From assembly GCF_963921235.1 (NCBI RefSeq), contig NC_086108.1, forward strand, positions 94,304,001 through 94,368,000: a stretch of DNA of 64,000 nucleotides. Direction: 5' to 3'. The notes under the pieces were generated by a model. It was not told the origin of the DNA and made no database searches. It was given only the letters and a program-made list of their open reading frames with translations. The translations under genes and the position numbers were made by a program. Origin of the DNA: Mobula hypostoma (Eukaryota). Below are positions 61,300-64,000 of this stretch, piece after piece. Within the stretch, counting starts at the first letter, position 1. Each line of letters begins with the position of its first letter.

Positions 61300-63410
61300 A
61301 CATTAGAACTAGAAGCAAATTTATTCCCACCGACTGATATGACATGAAATTTGTTATTTTGCAACAATAGTACAGAGAAGGTAAAATTACAAATGTAAGT
61401 AAAGAGTGCAAAAATGAGATAGTGTTCATAGACTGGTCAGAAACCTGATGGACAGGAAGAAACAGTTTTTGTATCATTAAGTGTGGAACTTCAGCCTCCA
61501 GTACCACCTCCCTGATAGTAAGAAAAAGAGGATCGTTTCTTTTGGCTAAGATCAAGTGTAGGGTAGAAAAAGAGGACATATCCCAGATGGCAGGAGGTCC
61601 TTAGAGATGGGTGCTGCCTTCTGGAGGCACTACTTTTTGAAGATGTCAAAAAGGGCTGTGTCAGCGATGGAGCTAGTCTCAGTAGCTTCTTGCGATCTGC
61701 GCATCAAGCTTCCATTACTAGTCTGCTAGGCAACCAAGTCAGAAACATATCTACCAAAATAAGTAAGAGTCTTTGGTGACATACCAAATCTCCTCAAACT
61801 GCTGATTGAGCAGAGCTGGTACCATGCCTCTCAGTGATTGCATCAATGTGTTAAGATCAGGATATATTCTCAGACATTCAGGTCCAGGAATGTGAAGCCG
61901 CTTACCTTTCCACCACTGATGCCTCAAAATCAAAGTTGAGTTTATTGCCATATACACAAGTACAATTATGTACACGTGCAATGAAAAACTCACTTGCAGC
62001 AACATCACAGACACATAGCGTCATATGAACAGCATTAACAAGAGAAACATCACCTGGTGTGATCTCCCAACATCCTATTTCTGAATCAATCAATTCCTTG
62101 GTCTCACCAATGCTGAGTGTGAGGATGTTGCTGTGATATCACTCAAATAGCTGATCTAGCTCACTTTTGTTTGCATCTTCCTTACCATTCGAGATTCTAT
62201 TGGGGGCAAGAACGTCCCCAATGTTGCCCTCACCCTGATGGCCAGCTTCATGTGTGGCTGCATCAGGTTGTGTGTAGAACCCAGGTATGCGGGCACCAAA
62301 TACCACTATGTGCCCAGGTTCTACAGCTAGTCGTTGCTGCCATACCGGTCCTTCGTAGAAAAGTTCTTTCAGGAGAACGCCTTTGACCACAGGGCCATCA
62401 GGCAGTGGTCGGCACGTAATGTCCTGCAGACACGTAATGTCCTGCAGAAGGAAGTGGGTGGTTCCTCGAGCAGACCATCCAGTTCATCTGGCAAAATGCC
62501 TCATCGCCAGATCTCACCAACAGGCACCAGGACCTCGCCTGGCTGGCAGTGAGAGGGGCCCTCCCAGTCAGATCCCTCCTGTACGCCCAGAACGTCGTCT
62601 CCACACCTCACTGCCCACGGGATGACTGCAGTGAGGAGGAGTCTGTGACCCACCTCTTTGCACACTGTCAGTTTGCAGAGAGGGTGTGGAGGAGGATGGA
62701 CGGGCTAGTGTCACGTTTCATCCCCAGCAGCTGCGTAACAGAGGACTCTGATCTACGGGTTGTTCCCGGGGACGCACACGGAGACCAGCATCCGGTGCTG
62801 CTGGCAGATCACCAACTCGGTGAAAGACGCTCTTTGGTCGGCCCGAAACTTGATGATCTACCAGCACATGGAGATGTCCGTGAGAGAATGCTGCCGACTG
62901 GCACATTCTCGGCTGCAGGAATACGTGCCGAGGGACACACTGAAACTTGGTGCAGCCACCGCAAGGGCCCGGTGGGGAAGGACCACGGTTTAGAGTTCTT
63001 CTCCCGTGGGAGTGGGAGGGGTCAGGTGGCAGGGAGTATACCCCTCAACAATGGTGTGGAAAGGTGAAACAACCGGAGTGCCATGTGAGTAGCCAAAAGT
63101 ATGGATATGTACAGACCATAATGGGAACGTATGTAAAGGACAGAAAGTTATTGAATGGTTTATTGTATATAATTTTATTTTTGAATAAAGTATATTTTGC
63201 ATTTTTAAAAAGTAGTGTTTTCAGCAAATTCAGAGATAGCATTTGAACCAGACAATGAGTGTAAACAGTACAGCAGTTGGCTAACCAGGGGTTGCTTATT
63301 TTGATTGCTAGTGAGATGGAAATGTAATTACCAATCCACACTGACTGTGGTCTCCTGATAATGAAGTCGTAGATCCTGGTTTAAGGGCGGTAGGTACACA
63401 TAGCTAAAAA
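61300..63410 (-). mobile_element. Decayed Rex/Babar fragments split by a Tx1 insertion
   Basis: Rex RT remnants at ~61300-62200 and ~63212-63410 (KFAENTT, DLRLHYQETTVSVDW). Confidence 0.6.
62201..63211 (+). mobile_element. Tx1-clade (L1 group) ORF2 3' part with internal deletions
   Basis: WQNASSPDLTNRHQDLAWLAVRGALPVR..CPRDDCSEEESVTHLFAHC (zf-RVT CCHC), KDALWSARN; AATAAA and A tail. Confidence 0.88.
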
Positions 63411-63635
63411 ATATTTAAATGCAAAAATATTAATTGGAAGAAATAAAATGAGGCATATTGTTGCTGAAATATCAGATGCACACAACTTAGAATCCACATC
63501 CACGCCATGGGCTACCTTCCAAGTGGCATGGTTTTGAAGCAGCAAATGTTTGCAAGATTATATCTTCTTGGGCAGTTCCTGGAATCAGGAGTAACTTGGA
63601 ATTCCACAAACCTAAAGTGTTTTTTTAATTCCCAT

Positions 63636-64000
63636 CACAAGAGAAAATCTGCAGATGCTGGAAATCCAAGCAACACACACAAAATGCTGGAGGAACTCAG
63701 CAGGAAAAAAAAGAGTACAGTCGACGTTGCGGCCGAGACTCTTCAGCAGGACTGGAGAAAAAAAAAAGATGAGGAGTAGACTTTAAAAGTGGGGGAGGGG
63801 AGGGAGAAAGACAAGGGGATAGGTGAAACCGAGCAGGGGAGAGGGAGGGGTGAAGTAAAGAACTGAGAAGTTGATTGGTGAAAGAGGTACATGGCTGGAG
63901 AAGGGGGCATCTAATAGGAGAGGACAGAAGGCCATGGAAGAAAGAAAGGGTGGTGGGGGGGAGAGGAGGGACACCAAGGGAGGCAATGGGCAGGCAAGGA
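63636..64000 (-). mobile_element. Penelope-like element 3' terminus (runs off the window)
   Basis: ATCTGCAGATGCTGGAAATCCAAGCAACACACAC terminus; mutated hammerhead CUGCUGA..GCAACGUC; purine-rich body. Confidence 0.85.

Noticed and set aside
41096..64000. FNBP1L exon 1 (MSWGTELW)
   Set aside because: No matching minus-strand sequence or CpG-island promoter seen; probably beyond 64000. Exon 7 was likewise not found in 1-1237

Overview
Vertebrate nuclear DNA, most likely a cartilaginous fish (inferred from the mix of CR1, Rex/Babar, V-SINE and Penelope repeats, not from a database search). The window holds five consecutive coding exons of FNBP1L (TOCA-1, F-BAR domain) on the minus strand, exons 2-6 by human numbering: 41095-40980, 29403-29350, 14785-14638, 5475-5413 and 1342-1238. 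All have AG/GT boundaries and join into one open 162-codon frame; none appears in the supplied ORF track. The introns are packed with transposable elements, often nested: CR1 LINEs (one near full-length with an open SGNH-esterase ORF1), Rex/Babar, L1/Tx1, Penelope-like elements, Tc1, Tigger/pogo, hAT/Buster and V-SINEs. Most notable: (i) TSD-flanked fold-back insertions built from Penelope termini carrying minimal hammerhead ribozyme motifs, one folded exactly on the ribozyme ACGT palindrome about 155 bp from the exon 2 acceptor; (ii) a 32-unit 47/51-bp CpG-rich minisatellite amplified inside a non-autonomous retroelement whose unexpanded sister copy is also in the window; (iii) inverted same-family CR1 copies bracketing exon 4; (iv) an orphan coding-like remnant with a CCCH zinc-finger-like motif. 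TE boundaries are approximate unless a TSD or TIR is quoted.
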